From ANME-2 cluster archaeon (lineage in GTDB: Archaea; Halobacteriota; Methanosarcinia; Methanosarcinales; Methanocomedenaceae): a DNA stretch of 64,000 nt. Of this stretch, positions 55,241 through 64,000 are shown piece by piece. Made by a program: the position numbers and the translations under genes. Each line of letters opens with the position of its first letter. Positions within the stretch are counted from its first letter, which is position 1. Below the pieces are notes generated by a model. That model did not search any database and was not told where the DNA came from. It worked only from the letters and a program-made list of their open reading frames with translations. The DNA lies in assembly GCA_019429385.1 (NCBI GenBank), contig JAHYIS010000009.1:1611-65610 (forward strand), in the 5' to 3' direction.

Positions 55241-55519
55241 TTATTCTGGTTTTTTGCCCAATATTATTTCAATGGCTGACACATTAGATTCACCGCGTTC
55301 GGAAGTTACTTTTTCGGTCGAGATAATAATATCTTTTACTTCCATGTCAGTCAAAAATCTGTTCCTTGCGACCTCAGCAACATCGACCGCCCTTGATATT
55401 GCTCTTCCCCGTGCCTTAATGGTCACAATCTCAGCACCACTATTGTATTGGGTTACCACTGCGAGTACATAGTTCATCACTGGTTTATTACCGACAAATA
55501 CTACATCGTCATTTTCCAT
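55241..55519 (-). CDS. albA: DNA/RNA-binding chromatin protein Alba
   Basis: [44 protein letters not shown] is the canonical Alba sequence pattern. 92 aa. Confidence 0.9.
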   Translation of the reverse strand: MENDDVVFVGNKPVMNYVLAVVTQYNSGAEIVTIKARGRAISRAVDVAEVARNRFLTDMEVKDIIISTEKVTSERGESNVSAIEIILGKKPE

Positions 55520-55606
55520 TTCGTCACCTCACCGAAAATCAAAGGAGATATTATAGGTTTAAACTATGTTACATATAACTTTCTCTTAACGTTTCTGAGG
55601 CACAGC

Positions 55607-56248
55607 TCAATGAGAAAGCATTCTTGCATCCACAGCATATGCCCCGTCTGGATAAACCACAAGAGGATTAATGTCCAGTTCAAGTATTTCAGGATATTTA
55701 TCAAGCAATAACGACAATCCTGTAATTACGTCGATAATTTTTTCCATGTCTACTGCCGTTCTCCCCCTGGCTCCCCCCAGGATGGGACTACCTTTGATCT
55801 CAAGAATCATCTGTCGCGCCATCTCCCTGTCCACGGGTGTCACCCTGAAGGAAACATCCCTGCATATCTCTACAAATATACCTCCCAGACCGAACATTAT
55901 TACATGACCGAACTGAGGGTCACGTTTTGCACCGACTATCACTTCCAGGCCGGGTTGTGCCATCTTCTGGAGCACCACACCCTTAATCCTGGCATTGGAG
56001 ACCATTGAAATCACACGCTCCATCATTGTATGGTATGCCGCCTCCACTTCCCCATCTGAACCCAAACTGAGAACAACACCTCCAACATCACTTTTATGAC
56101 TGATATCAGGAGACAATATCTTCATGACCACCGGATAACCGAGCACGTTCGCTGCATCCACCGCTTTTGCGGCCGTTGATGCCCGGATCATAGGTAATAC
56201 CGGGATATTTGCATCCCTAAGCCGTTCCCATATCACTTCTTCCATCAA
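55607..56248 (-). CDS. acdB: acetate--CoA ligase (ADP-forming), beta subunit (ATP-grasp)
   Basis: YPVVMKILSPDISHKSDVGGV, VVLQKM, FGLGGIFVE. 4-nt overlap with the alpha subunit gene. Confidence 0.8.
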   Translation of the reverse strand: MMEEVIWERLRDANIPVLPMIRASTAAKAVDAANVLGYPVVMKILSPDISHKSDVGGVVLSLGSDGEVEAAYHTMMERVISMVSNARIKGVVLQKMAQPGLEVIVGAKRDPQFGHVIMFGLGGIFVEICRDVSFRVTPVDREMARQMILEIKGSPILGGARGRTAVDMEKIIDVITGLSLLLDKYPEILELDINPLVVYPDGAYAVDARMLSH

Positions 56249-57618
56249 ACCCTCTCCTTTACGTTCTCAAGGAAACCATGATGTTTGACCAGTGACGCAA
56301 GTGCTTTCACTGCCCTCTCAGGTACCGGATAATTAGGAAGTCCTCCCTCTTTCAGGATATTCACACCTTTCTCTGTACCTGCTCCGCCCATCCAGCATGC
56401 AATAATAGGTTTGCTGCATGTGCCTCTGTGAATATCCACTATGGCCCTGGCAGAGATACTTGCATCCCACATTACCGTATGCACATATATCACAATCATA
56501 GCATCGATGTTCGGGTCAAGCAGCATCTGCCTCACGATACCGTTGTACACATCATATCCCGCCAGTCCGGCTGTATCCACTGGATTTCGTGCAGAAGCAA
56601 AACCAGAAACCAGTTCCTTTATCCTCTCCCTTGTTTCAAGCTGCAGTTCAGGTATATCGAGACCCATCCTTTCACATGCATCTGATGCAATGATACTGGC
56701 ACCGCCACCATTAGAGATTATCCCAACGCGTTTCCCTCTGGGTGCAGGCTGGACCGATAAGGCAAGTGCCGAATCGAACAGGTCATCGATATTTTCCACC
56801 CTGATAATACCGGCCTGCTTAAATGCTGCACTGTATACCTCATCTGACCCTGCAAGACTACCTGTATGGGAGAAAACCGCTTTAGAACCGCTCTCGGTAC
56901 GCCCGGCCTTCACTGCCAGTATGGGTTTTGATATCCTTTTTGCCACATTCATAAACTCCCGACCCCGATTGACACCCTCCACATACATGGCTATCACATT
57001 TGTGTTCGAGTCCTCATCCAGGTATTCCAGCAGATCAACATCATCAATGTTTGCCTTATTTCCCGTACTTACCACAATGTTCAGACCCAAACCCATCTCC
57101 ATGGTCCAGTCAGCCAGTGCCAGCCCAAGCGTGCCGCTTTGCGTGATGAACGAAATGCCGCCAGGATTTGGCAGCCTTGAGATGATACTGGCATTCATAC
57201 CGATTTTTGAATTGACGACACCCAGGGTATTGGGGCCAATGAGCCGCATTCCATAACGTTCAATGATCTCAATTAACCGTTTTTCAAGTTGCCGTCCCTC
57301 ATCTCCGGTCTCGCTGAAACCTGCCGTTATCATTATTATTCCTTTTATCCCCTTCTTGCCACACTCATCAGTAACTTCAAAGACCAGGGAAATAGGTACC
57401 GCTATTACGGCCAGGTCAACCGGTCCAGGTATATCCAGCACAGAACTGTAGCATGTCCGACCCAGGATTTCCTGTTCCCGTGGATTCACCGGGTACACTT
57501 CACCTTTAAATCCGCTATCAAGCAAGTTCTTTACTATGCTATTCCCCCATTTACCAGGACTGGCAGATGCACCAACCACAGCAATGGAATCTGGTTCAAA
57601 TATGGATTTTAATGTCAA
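56245..57618 (-). CDS. acdA: acetate--CoA ligase (ADP-forming), alpha subunit
   Basis: CoA-binding IAVVGAS..GKWG, GPNTLGV, and SFITQSGTLG with a downstream phosphohistidine segment FSHTGSLAG. 457 aa. Confidence 0.85.
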   Translation of the reverse strand: MTLKSIFEPDSIAVVGASASPGKWGNSIVKNLLDSGFKGEVYPVNPREQEILGRTCYSSVLDIPGPVDLAVIAVPISLVFEVTDECGKKGIKGIIMITAGFSETGDEGRQLEKRLIEIIERYGMRLIGPNTLGVVNSKIGMNASIISRLPNPGGISFITQSGTLGLALADWTMEMGLGLNIVVSTGNKANIDDVDLLEYLDEDSNTNVIAMYVEGVNRGREFMNVAKRISKPILAVKAGRTESGSKAVFSHTGSLAGSDEVYSAAFKQAGIIRVENIDDLFDSALALSVQPAPRGKRVGIISNGGGASIIASDACERMGLDIPELQLETRERIKELVSGFASARNPVDTAGLAGYDVYNGIVRQMLLDPNIDAMIVIYVHTVMWDASISARAIVDIHRGTCSKPIIACWMGGAGTEKGVNILKEGGLPNYPVPERAVKALASLVKHHGFLENVKERV

Positions 57619-57624
57619 AAATAT

Positions 57625-58734
57625 CTACTTCCTGTACGTCATAGCTTTGGATACCCGATGTCGGGCAATAGACTCAGCGGCCTTTCGAGGGGTCATGGCT
57701 TCTTTACGTGACAACTCAAGCACTTCCCTGGTATTGTTCTTTATGGTCATTTCGATCTTTTCAAATGCCTGCTTCTCAGTTCCACCCAGATATTCAACAG
57801 AAGCTGTTATAACCCCGCCAGCATTGGCTACAAAGTCTGGAACACACAGCACCCCCCTTTCAAAAAGCTGATTTTCAGCTTCAAGTGTCGCAGGTATGTT
57901 AGCACCTTCAATTACTAATTTAGCATCCAGCGCATCGGCATTACTCTCTGTGATGACATCAGGCCGGGCGGCTGGCACGAATATATCTGTACTGATATTC
58001 AACAGGTCAGAGGTATGCAGTTTTTCGCCGTCCCTGTAATTGAGCACCGAGCCAGTGGATTTTTTTACATTGATAAGTTCCTCCAGGTTCAGGCCGCCGG
58101 GATTATAGATGGTGCCTTTGGAATCACTGGTGGCAATCAATACTACACCTTTCCTTGTCAGGAACCTGGCAGTATGTTTGCCCACGGCCCCGAAACCTTC
58201 AACGGTGAGCCGGGCGCTTTTCAGGTCAAGGTCGATAAATTCTGCTGCTATTTCGGCACTTATGGCTACACCAAAACCTGTGCTGCCAATTTCATCAAGT
58301 GGAATGCCGCCCACCACCCCGGGCAGTCCCACAGCCCTGCCAATTTCGTCCCTGATATACGCCATCTCGGTCTCGCTGGTACCCATATCAGGCCCTGGTA
58401 TATATTCAATGATATGACGTATCTTCCGTGCAAAAGCACGGATAAGTGCTTCCTTTTCAGGCAGTGCCGGGTCAGCGATAATACCAGATTTCCCGCCGCC
58501 GTAAGGCAGGCGTGCCATTGCGTTCTTCAAGGTCATTGCACGGGCAAGCCTGGCAACTTCAACAGTTGTAACCTCAGGTGACATCCTGATACCGCCCATG
58601 GCAGGTCCTGCGGCAGTATTATCAACTACCAAAATGGCCTTCAATCCTGTATTTATATCTGACATATATACTATGAGTTCAGGTCCCAGATCATCCGCCA
58701 GATGAAATATATCAAATTCAATCCCATATCCCAT
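57625..58734 (-). CDS. Glu/Leu/Phe/Val dehydrogenase family protein (short, LeuDH/ValDH-like size)
   Basis: GPAMGGIRM and LPYGGGKSGI catalytic motifs, Rossmann VEGFGAVGKH. 369 aa. Confidence 0.85.
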   Translation of the reverse strand: MGYGIEFDIFHLADDLGPELIVYMSDINTGLKAILVVDNTAAGPAMGGIRMSPEVTTVEVARLARAMTLKNAMARLPYGGGKSGIIADPALPEKEALIRAFARKIRHIIEYIPGPDMGTSETEMAYIRDEIGRAVGLPGVVGGIPLDEIGSTGFGVAISAEIAAEFIDLDLKSARLTVEGFGAVGKHTARFLTRKGVVLIATSDSKGTIYNPGGLNLEELINVKKSTGSVLNYRDGEKLHTSDLLNISTDIFVPAARPDVITESNADALDAKLVIEGANIPATLEAENQLFERGVLCVPDFVANAGGVITASVEYLGGTEKQAFEKIEMTIKNNTREVLELSRKEAMTPRKAAESIARHRVSKAMTYRK

Positions 58735-58845
58735 TTCATACCACCAAATATTTTGTATACGTCGTTTTTGATTTAATAATATTGTTGATAGTATTTCAAT
58801 GAATTAATAAGGTTTATAAGATGTGTCAAATATATTGCAAATACC

Positions 58846-59469
58846 ATGATACGAAAGTGTCCGAAACACGGCTATTTCAGAGGAGAAGTTTGCCATTGCG
58901 GTGACGAAGGCAGATACGTACTTGATACAGAACGCACCGAACGGATGGGGCGTTTTATTTCCGGTGCACTGCGGCATTTTCCTGATGACCTTGGACTGGC
59001 TATGGACCAGCACGGCTGGGTGAGCCTGGACGTCCTCGTTGACGTTATGATGACCAGATACCCCTGGGCATCTGCTAATCGACTGATAGGTATGGTTGAA
59101 TCTGACGTAAAGGAAAGGTACCAGATAGCTGGGAACAGCATCCGTGCCCGTTATGGACATTCCATTAATGTAGATATGGATTTTCCAGAAAATGACCTGG
59201 AAGAACTGTTTTACGGTGTTAGCCAGGAAGAATCTGACATGATAAAGGAAATGGGTATCAAACCAATACGCCAGAGGTATGTCCACATGAGCACCACGTA
59301 CGAAAAGGCTTTGGAAGCTGCCAGTGTGCATACTGAAGACCCTGTGATATTCAGGATAGATGCCTTCACTGCTATGGATGACGGCATAGTGATGATGAAA
59401 GTAAACGACCTTATAGTGCTCTCTGAGGAAATTCCGCCCAGGTATATCGAAGTCATGAAGACCGGGTGA
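58846..59469 (+). CDS. kptA: RNA 2'-phosphotransferase KptA/Tpt1 with an N-terminal Cys/His knuckle
   Basis: RFISGALRHFPDDLGLAMDQHGWVSL, IRARYGHS and HMSTT motifs. An extra N-terminal segment reads MIRKCPKHGYFRGEVCHCG. Confidence 0.85.
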   Translation: MIRKCPKHGYFRGEVCHCGDEGRYVLDTERTERMGRFISGALRHFPDDLGLAMDQHGWVSLDVLVDVMMTRYPWASANRLIGMVESDVKERYQIAGNSIRARYGHSINVDMDFPENDLEELFYGVSQEESDMIKEMGIKPIRQRYVHMSTTYEKALEAASVHTEDPVIFRIDAFTAMDDGIVMMKVNDLIVLSEEIPPRYIEVMKTG

Positions 59470-59536
59470 ACGGTGGAGATTGACTTATCGAAATACCTCC
59501 ATGATATCCTTTTTACTGATTTATTTATAGTAATAA

Positions 59537-60619
59537 TTATAGATAAATCCTGAAAAGCCCACCCTCCTGCGCCTCGACCCCGAACGTAACATCTAAAAAC
59601 TGCTCCACAACCCAGATATTGGTCCTGGTATGTTCAGATACCTCCCGCACCGTGAAGCTCCCGCTTCCTGCCAGACCCATATAGGGTATCAACTGGTCGG
59701 CCAGGTGCATGTCCACTGCTGCACCCGAATCAAGCTCGGCAATTATCTCAACGGCAGCAGCCTGTCCCACTTTTTCAGCAGGCAATCCCCTTTTACCCAG
59801 GGTACTGACGCCCGTGTATCCACTCCACAGAGTAATTCCACTGCCTGTTGACGGGCATCTTAAGTTTTCCGTATCAATTGAAGCACCATAACCAGCCGCA
59901 TCCAGCACAGCCAGGGCTGAATCAGCCTGCCGTCTGGATACATGCTCGGGTAAGTTAGAACTGTGGGAAATGCCACAAACGGTAATATGCCCTCTCTCAT
60001 TGTCGATATAAAATTTATTCTCACGTCCTATTTGCTGCTTTCCGTGCCACATCTTTTGCTCTTGCTTACGTCCCTGTTCCCGCCCTAACTCTACACCGAC
60101 GAGGACGGACGGAGCAATTTCGGCCCTCACCTTTCCGCCGCCCTTCGGATAATAACCACGCTGCTTTACCTTGATACTGCACTCCAGCCCCATTGACATA
60201 AGTACCGGCAGCAGCACGTAGAACATATAATCCACCGGCGGCGACCATGCAACATCGGTCCCACCGGTAATATCCAGCGTGATGCGCTCCTTTGATGCGG
60301 CGGCGGCAGGCATCAGGCACTGCAACAGCAAGGTAATACTGCCTGCAGTACCGATATCAACGTCATAATGCCCTCCATTAATGTCCTGTGGTATAAATGT
60401 CAGCTTGCTGGAGCCTATTTTCAGTCCCTCCACCTGTGCCCCGGTCATCTTTGCAGCTGTTTTGACCGCCATGAGGTGCTGGCTTTTCAGTCCAGGCTGG
60501 GGTCGGTTTACACGTATATTGTGAATGGTAACAGCTTCCCCCAACACCGCACTCAGTGCCACAGCTGTGCGGATTATCTGGCCGCCGCCCTCACCGTATG
60601 ATCCGTCTAAGGTCTTCAC
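59537..60619 (-). CDS. rtcA: RNA 3'-terminal phosphate cyclase
   Basis: LDGSYGEGGGQIIRTAVALSAV start, and a DMHLADQLIPYMGLAG active-site His region. Confidence 0.9.
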   Translation of the reverse strand: MKTLDGSYGEGGGQIIRTAVALSAVLGEAVTIHNIRVNRPQPGLKSQHLMAVKTAAKMTGAQVEGLKIGSSKLTFIPQDINGGHYDVDIGTAGSITLLLQCLMPAAAASKERITLDITGGTDVAWSPPVDYMFYVLLPVLMSMGLECSIKVKQRGYYPKGGGKVRAEIAPSVLVGVELGREQGRKQEQKMWHGKQQIGRENKFYIDNERGHITVCGISHSSNLPEHVSRRQADSALAVLDAAGYGASIDTENLRCPSTGSGITLWSGYTGVSTLGKRGLPAEKVGQAAAVEIIAELDSGAAVDMHLADQLIPYMGLAGSGSFTVREVSEHTRTNIWVVEQFLDVTFGVEAQEGGLFRIYL

Positions 60620-60639
60620 CTTGTATCCCCAGTCTATTG

Positions 60640-61992
60640 TTACTCTCTCATCTTCCTTTTTGCATCATCGGCTGCAAAGGTAACAGTGTCGATGACCATG
60701 GACACCGGCGGAGCATAAGCAGTCTCCCACTCAAGCAGGTCATCCACGGTTGCGCCCATGCGTATCGCAAGACTAAGAGCATCTATACGCTCCTTCACAC
60801 CTTCACCCGCTACCACCTGCGCGCCCACCAGCATCCTGTTCGAGAAAATAAGTTTGACAGTCAGTTGTGAACCGCCCGGGTAATACCCTGCCCGGGTGCT
60901 TCCTTTTGATATTCCGCATACCACGCTGATATCGTTGAGGGCTGCAGTATGGGAAGTAATGCCGACTGAACCTGCAGTCAATTTCCCTGCAACCACTACA
61001 TTGGGGCTGAGCGTTGGTGGATAGACGGCATCGTCTCCGGTAATGTTCTCACCGATCACCCGTGCCATGCGCCTGGCAGCCGAGCCCAGCCTGCTGATGA
61101 ACGGTGAACCTGTGACGAACTCCTTCACTTCGGCACATTCACCACCAGCATACACGTTATCCTGTATCCCAGCATCTGCGCTGACCCTCAGGTGCTCATC
61201 AGTTACAATGCCACCTGTGATACCAATTTTATAACCCGCGTTCTGAGCGATACTGCTAAGTGGCCTGAGTCCTGTTGCCATTATCACAATGTCAGAAGGT
61301 ACTGTTCCAGCCGGTACTGTATCGCCCTGGATAGTTACTGAACGTACATGACCGTATCCATTGATGGAATCCACCTGTACTCCTGTGACCACATGAACAC
61401 CCAGTGAAGTAAGGTGCTGCTGTACCAGCAAAGCCATATCCGGGTCCATAGTCAGGGGAAGCACCTGTGGCAATGCCTCGACCAGAGTAACATCAATACC
61501 TCTTACAGCCAGGCTGGCTGCCAATTCAGTCCCGATCCCACCAGCACCGATTATTACTACATGATTACCGTCGTTGATCGAACTATGTATTTTCATGCCG
61601 TCGGATAAGGTGTGCAACGTGAACACACCATCCAGTTCCCTTCCCTTGACAGGTGGAACAAAGGGGACACTACCTGTAGCAATAACCAGATAATCATATC
61701 CAAATGCGCCTGCATCTGATATCACTTTCTGACCGGTTGCATCTATATGGTTTATTGTTGTCTCAAGATGCAGGTCAATGCCCATATCTATGAATGCATC
61801 CCTGGGTCTTACTATCAGGTCAGAGAAATCAGGGATTACCCCCTCCAGCACAAAAGGCATCCCGCACTGGCTGTATGCAGTATGAGTATCAGATGAAAAG
61901 ACCGTAATACTGTGACCTGTATGCCGCCTGAGGTATGTAGCCACTGTCATACCCACTGCACCCGCACCCAGGATAACAACCTTTCCTGTCAT
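60640..61992 (-). CDS. FAD-dependent pyridine nucleotide-disulfide oxidoreductase (CoA-disulfide reductase / NADH oxidase family)
   Basis: VVILGAGAVG FAD motif, single redox Cys in YSQCGMPF, second Rossmann VVIIGAGGIGTE. Confidence 0.8.
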   Translation of the reverse strand: MTGKVVILGAGAVGMTVATYLRRHTGHSITVFSSDTHTAYSQCGMPFVLEGVIPDFSDLIVRPRDAFIDMGIDLHLETTINHIDATGQKVISDAGAFGYDYLVIATGSVPFVPPVKGRELDGVFTLHTLSDGMKIHSSINDGNHVVIIGAGGIGTELAASLAVRGIDVTLVEALPQVLPLTMDPDMALLVQQHLTSLGVHVVTGVQVDSINGYGHVRSVTIQGDTVPAGTVPSDIVIMATGLRPLSSIAQNAGYKIGITGGIVTDEHLRVSADAGIQDNVYAGGECAEVKEFVTGSPFISRLGSAARRMARVIGENITGDDAVYPPTLSPNVVVAGKLTAGSVGITSHTAALNDISVVCGISKGSTRAGYYPGGSQLTVKLIFSNRMLVGAQVVAGEGVKERIDALSLAIRMGATVDDLLEWETAYAPPVSMVIDTVTFAADDAKRKMRE

Positions 61993-62083
61993 ATGTTATA
62001 CTGTGCAGTTATGGAAGATTAGGTTTACCGTAAATGAAAAAATGGTTGAAGAACTCTTCAGGAATTATCACTGAAAAATAATT

Positions 62084-62142
62084 ATTGTGAGCGGGTTGGG
62101 GAGTGGGGGTTAGTTAATAAAAATGTTGCACCCGCTCACAAT
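62084..62142. repeat. perfect 13-bp inverted repeat with a 33-nt spacer
   Basis: ATTGTGAGCGGGT (62084-62096) and ACCCGCTCACAAT (62130-62142) were read directly. It lies between two co-oriented minus-strand genes. Confidence 0.6.
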
Positions 62143-62230
62143 CATAACAATTACATTTTAGAATAAATAGTTTTCGGGTTACTTCATAAAAATCGTCATC
62201 TAGCGAGTAAACTTACATTATTATGATACA

Positions 62231-63616
62231 TTATTTCTTCTTTTTCAGATACGCATCTATGGCTTTTGCTGCAGTCTTACCCGCACCCATAGCACTTATC
62301 ACCGTTGCCGCTCCGGTAACTACATCGCCTCCACCGTAAACACCTTCCCTGGAACTCAACCCGTCTTCGTCAGCGATGATAGTACCCCATTTTGAAGTTT
62401 CAAGACCCTTTGTGGTCCTCGGTATCAACGGGTTCGGAGACGTCCCGATGGCAATTATTACCACGTCAACGTCCATCAGATGTTCCGAATCTTCCAGAGG
62501 TACAGGCCTGCATCTCCCTGATTCATCAGGTTCACACAGTTCCATGTTCAGGCATTCCAGCTGGGTTACCCAATTTGCCTCATTACCCAGAATGCGTGTA
62601 GGATTGGATAAAAGCTTGAACTTCACACCTTCTTCTTTTGCATTTTCTATCTCCTCATTACGGGCAGGCATCTCGTCCTCTCCACGCCGGTACACAATAG
62701 TGACTTCCTTTGCACCCAACCGTACCGAACATCTGGCTGAGTCCATAGCCACATTACCGCCACCAACTACCACAACCCTCTGCCCTCGCTTGACAGGAGT
62801 ATCATAACGAGGGAACTGGTACGCCTTCATCAGGTTCACCCGGGTCAGGAACTCGTTTGCCGAATATACGCCGCTGAGGTTCTCGCCGTCAATACCCATG
62901 AACACAGGCAGACCTGCACCTGTACCCAAAAACACTGCATCATACTCTTCAAGTAATTCATCGACAGTATCAAGTTTGCCTATAACAGTATCAAGCTGGA
63001 GATCCACACCAAGGCTTTCCACATATTCCACTTCGGATTGGACAATGGACTTTGGTAACCTGAATTCAGGGATACCATACACCAGTACACCGCCTGCCTT
63101 GTGTAGTGCCTCGAATAATGTCACCCTGTGTCCCATCTTCGCCAGTTCGGCAGCGGCGGTCAGGCCGGCAGGCCCGGAACCAACAACAGCAACCTTTTTA
63201 CCAGTAGCTTCCGGCTTCTCAACAGCCGTACATTCCATAGTATTCCGTTCATGGTCAGCTGCATACCTCTCCAGCCTGCCGATGGCTACGGGTTCGCCTT
63301 TACGGCCCAGCACACATACATCCTCACACTGGGTCTCCTGGGGACATACACGACCGCAGATTGCAGGCAGGGCGTTCATGGACTTGAGCTCGCGTACAGC
63401 CGCATCCATATCGTCATCAGCCATGCATTGAATAAATGCCGGGATGTTAATACCTACCGGACATCCGGCTACGCATGATGGTTTTTTACACTGGATACAC
63501 CTGCTGGCCTCTGCCAATGCCTGTTCATGGGAATATCCCAGTGCCACTTCTTCAAAATTGGACCGCCTTTTCCCCGGGTCCTGCCGTGGCATATCGTTAC
63601 GCTCTAACACTGGCAT
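62231..63616 (-). CDS. nfnB: GltD-like NADPH-dependent oxidoreductase (NfnB / sulfide dehydrogenase alpha type)
   Basis: N-terminal 2x Fe-S Cys motifs (CIQCKKPSCVAGCP, CGRVCPQETQCEDVC) and two Rossmann motifs VAVVGSGPAGL and VVVVGGGNVAMD. Confidence 0.8.
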   Translation of the reverse strand: MPVLERNDMPRQDPGKRRSNFEEVALGYSHEQALAEASRCIQCKKPSCVAGCPVGINIPAFIQCMADDDMDAAVRELKSMNALPAICGRVCPQETQCEDVCVLGRKGEPVAIGRLERYAADHERNTMECTAVEKPEATGKKVAVVGSGPAGLTAAAELAKMGHRVTLFEALHKAGGVLVYGIPEFRLPKSIVQSEVEYVESLGVDLQLDTVIGKLDTVDELLEEYDAVFLGTGAGLPVFMGIDGENLSGVYSANEFLTRVNLMKAYQFPRYDTPVKRGQRVVVVGGGNVAMDSARCSVRLGAKEVTIVYRRGEDEMPARNEEIENAKEEGVKFKLLSNPTRILGNEANWVTQLECLNMELCEPDESGRCRPVPLEDSEHLMDVDVVIIAIGTSPNPLIPRTTKGLETSKWGTIIADEDGLSSREGVYGGGDVVTGAATVISAMGAGKTAAKAIDAYLKKKK

Positions 63617-64000
63617 CCCTCCCGTTCACACTGGTACTTTTCAAGTGCTGTTTTTTCCTCATCCCTGTACATCATCAACCTGTTCATCAGCAAAGTAAAA
63701 TCAACCTCGTGGGCATTGAACTCGGGACCGTCCACGCATGCGAATTTTGTCTCACCGCCCACAAGTACGCGGCACGCACCACACATGCCGATACCATCAA
63801 CCATAATGCTGTTAAGGCTTACAATAGTCTTCACACCAAATGGATGGGTCACTCCGGCCACCGTCCGCATCATAATGGCGGGACCAATGGAAATCACTTT
63901 TGATACAGATTCATCACCTTCAAGCAGTTTTTTCAAGACATCAGTAACAAAACCGTGATGCCCTTTTGTGCCATCGTCAGTGGTAATGTACAGTTCATCA
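63604..64000 (-). CDS. nfnA: PyrK-like FAD/[2Fe-2S] electron-transfer subunit (NfnA type), partial
   Basis: C-terminal MVDGIGMCGACRV...CVDGPEF 2Fe-2S motif. The frame stays open to the window edge (DELYITTDDGTKGHHGFVTDVL). It overlaps the nfnB start by 13 nt. Confidence 0.7.
   Translation of the reverse strand, partial: DELYITTDDGTKGHHGFVTDVLKKLLEGDESVSKVISIGPAIMMRTVAGVTHPFGVKTIVSLNSIMVDGIGMCGACRVLVGGETKFACVDGPEFNAHEVDFTLLMNRLMMYRDEEKTALEKYQCEREGCQC

Noticed and set aside
62084-62142. lac operator-like sequence as cloning-vector contamination
   Set aside because: Only a 10-11 nt half-site resemblance exists. The full lacO sequence and flanking vector sequence are absent, and the flanks are contiguous native genes.
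1-64000. Borg-like or other giant extrachromosomal element, suggested by perfect tandem repeats in a Methanosarcinales-like context
   Set aside because: Genes are on both strands in short operons. The content is dominated by single-copy housekeeping functions (gatD, pdxS, hom, purP, the fpo operon, a tRNA). Only two repeat loci are present. This is consistent with a host chromosome.

Overview
This is a 64 kb chromosomal segment of a euryarchaeon. The gene content points to a Methanosarcinales-type methanogen or methanotroph (ANME-like). The archaeal hallmarks are gatD, Alba, GHMP-type shikimate kinase, PurP, Thi4, deoxyhypusine synthase, KptA and a 13-gene fpoABCDHIJJKLMN(O) F420H2-dehydrogenase / complex-I-like operon. 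I could support about 65 CDS on both strands, one tRNA-Gly(CCC), no rRNA and no CRISPR array. Most of the window is housekeeping or central metabolism: amino acid, cofactor and purine synthesis, two ABC transporters, NfnAB-like and CoADR-like redox enzymes, and ADP-forming acetyl-CoA synthetase. No single obvious new multi-gene system such as a defence island stands out. The observations most worth a second look are: (1) a tightly packed speA-dys operon ending in a protein whose C-terminal half looks like the TiaS kinase domain, with a visibly AT-rich, bacterial-type speA; (2) a perfect 6 x 15 bp tandem repeat that supplies the last codons and the TAG stop of a UPF0182 gene; (3) a 149-nt G-free compound microsatellite in the pdxS/lrp divergent promoter; (4) a decayed mobile islet with a CACGGAT-heptamer palindromic element, a short Doc-like toxin and a 5'-truncated IS1182-like transposase; (5) an AT-rich islet directly 3' of the tRNA-Gly; (6) an internally duplicated 4 x CxxC protein in the FpoO position; (7) a surface-protein cluster with a class III signal peptide protein, a PGF-CTERM-like protein and a MacB-type ABC pair; (8) an amino-acid dehydrogenase-acdAB operon; (9) a convergent kptA/rtcA pair. 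All family calls rest on motif recognition by eye; no database search was run.
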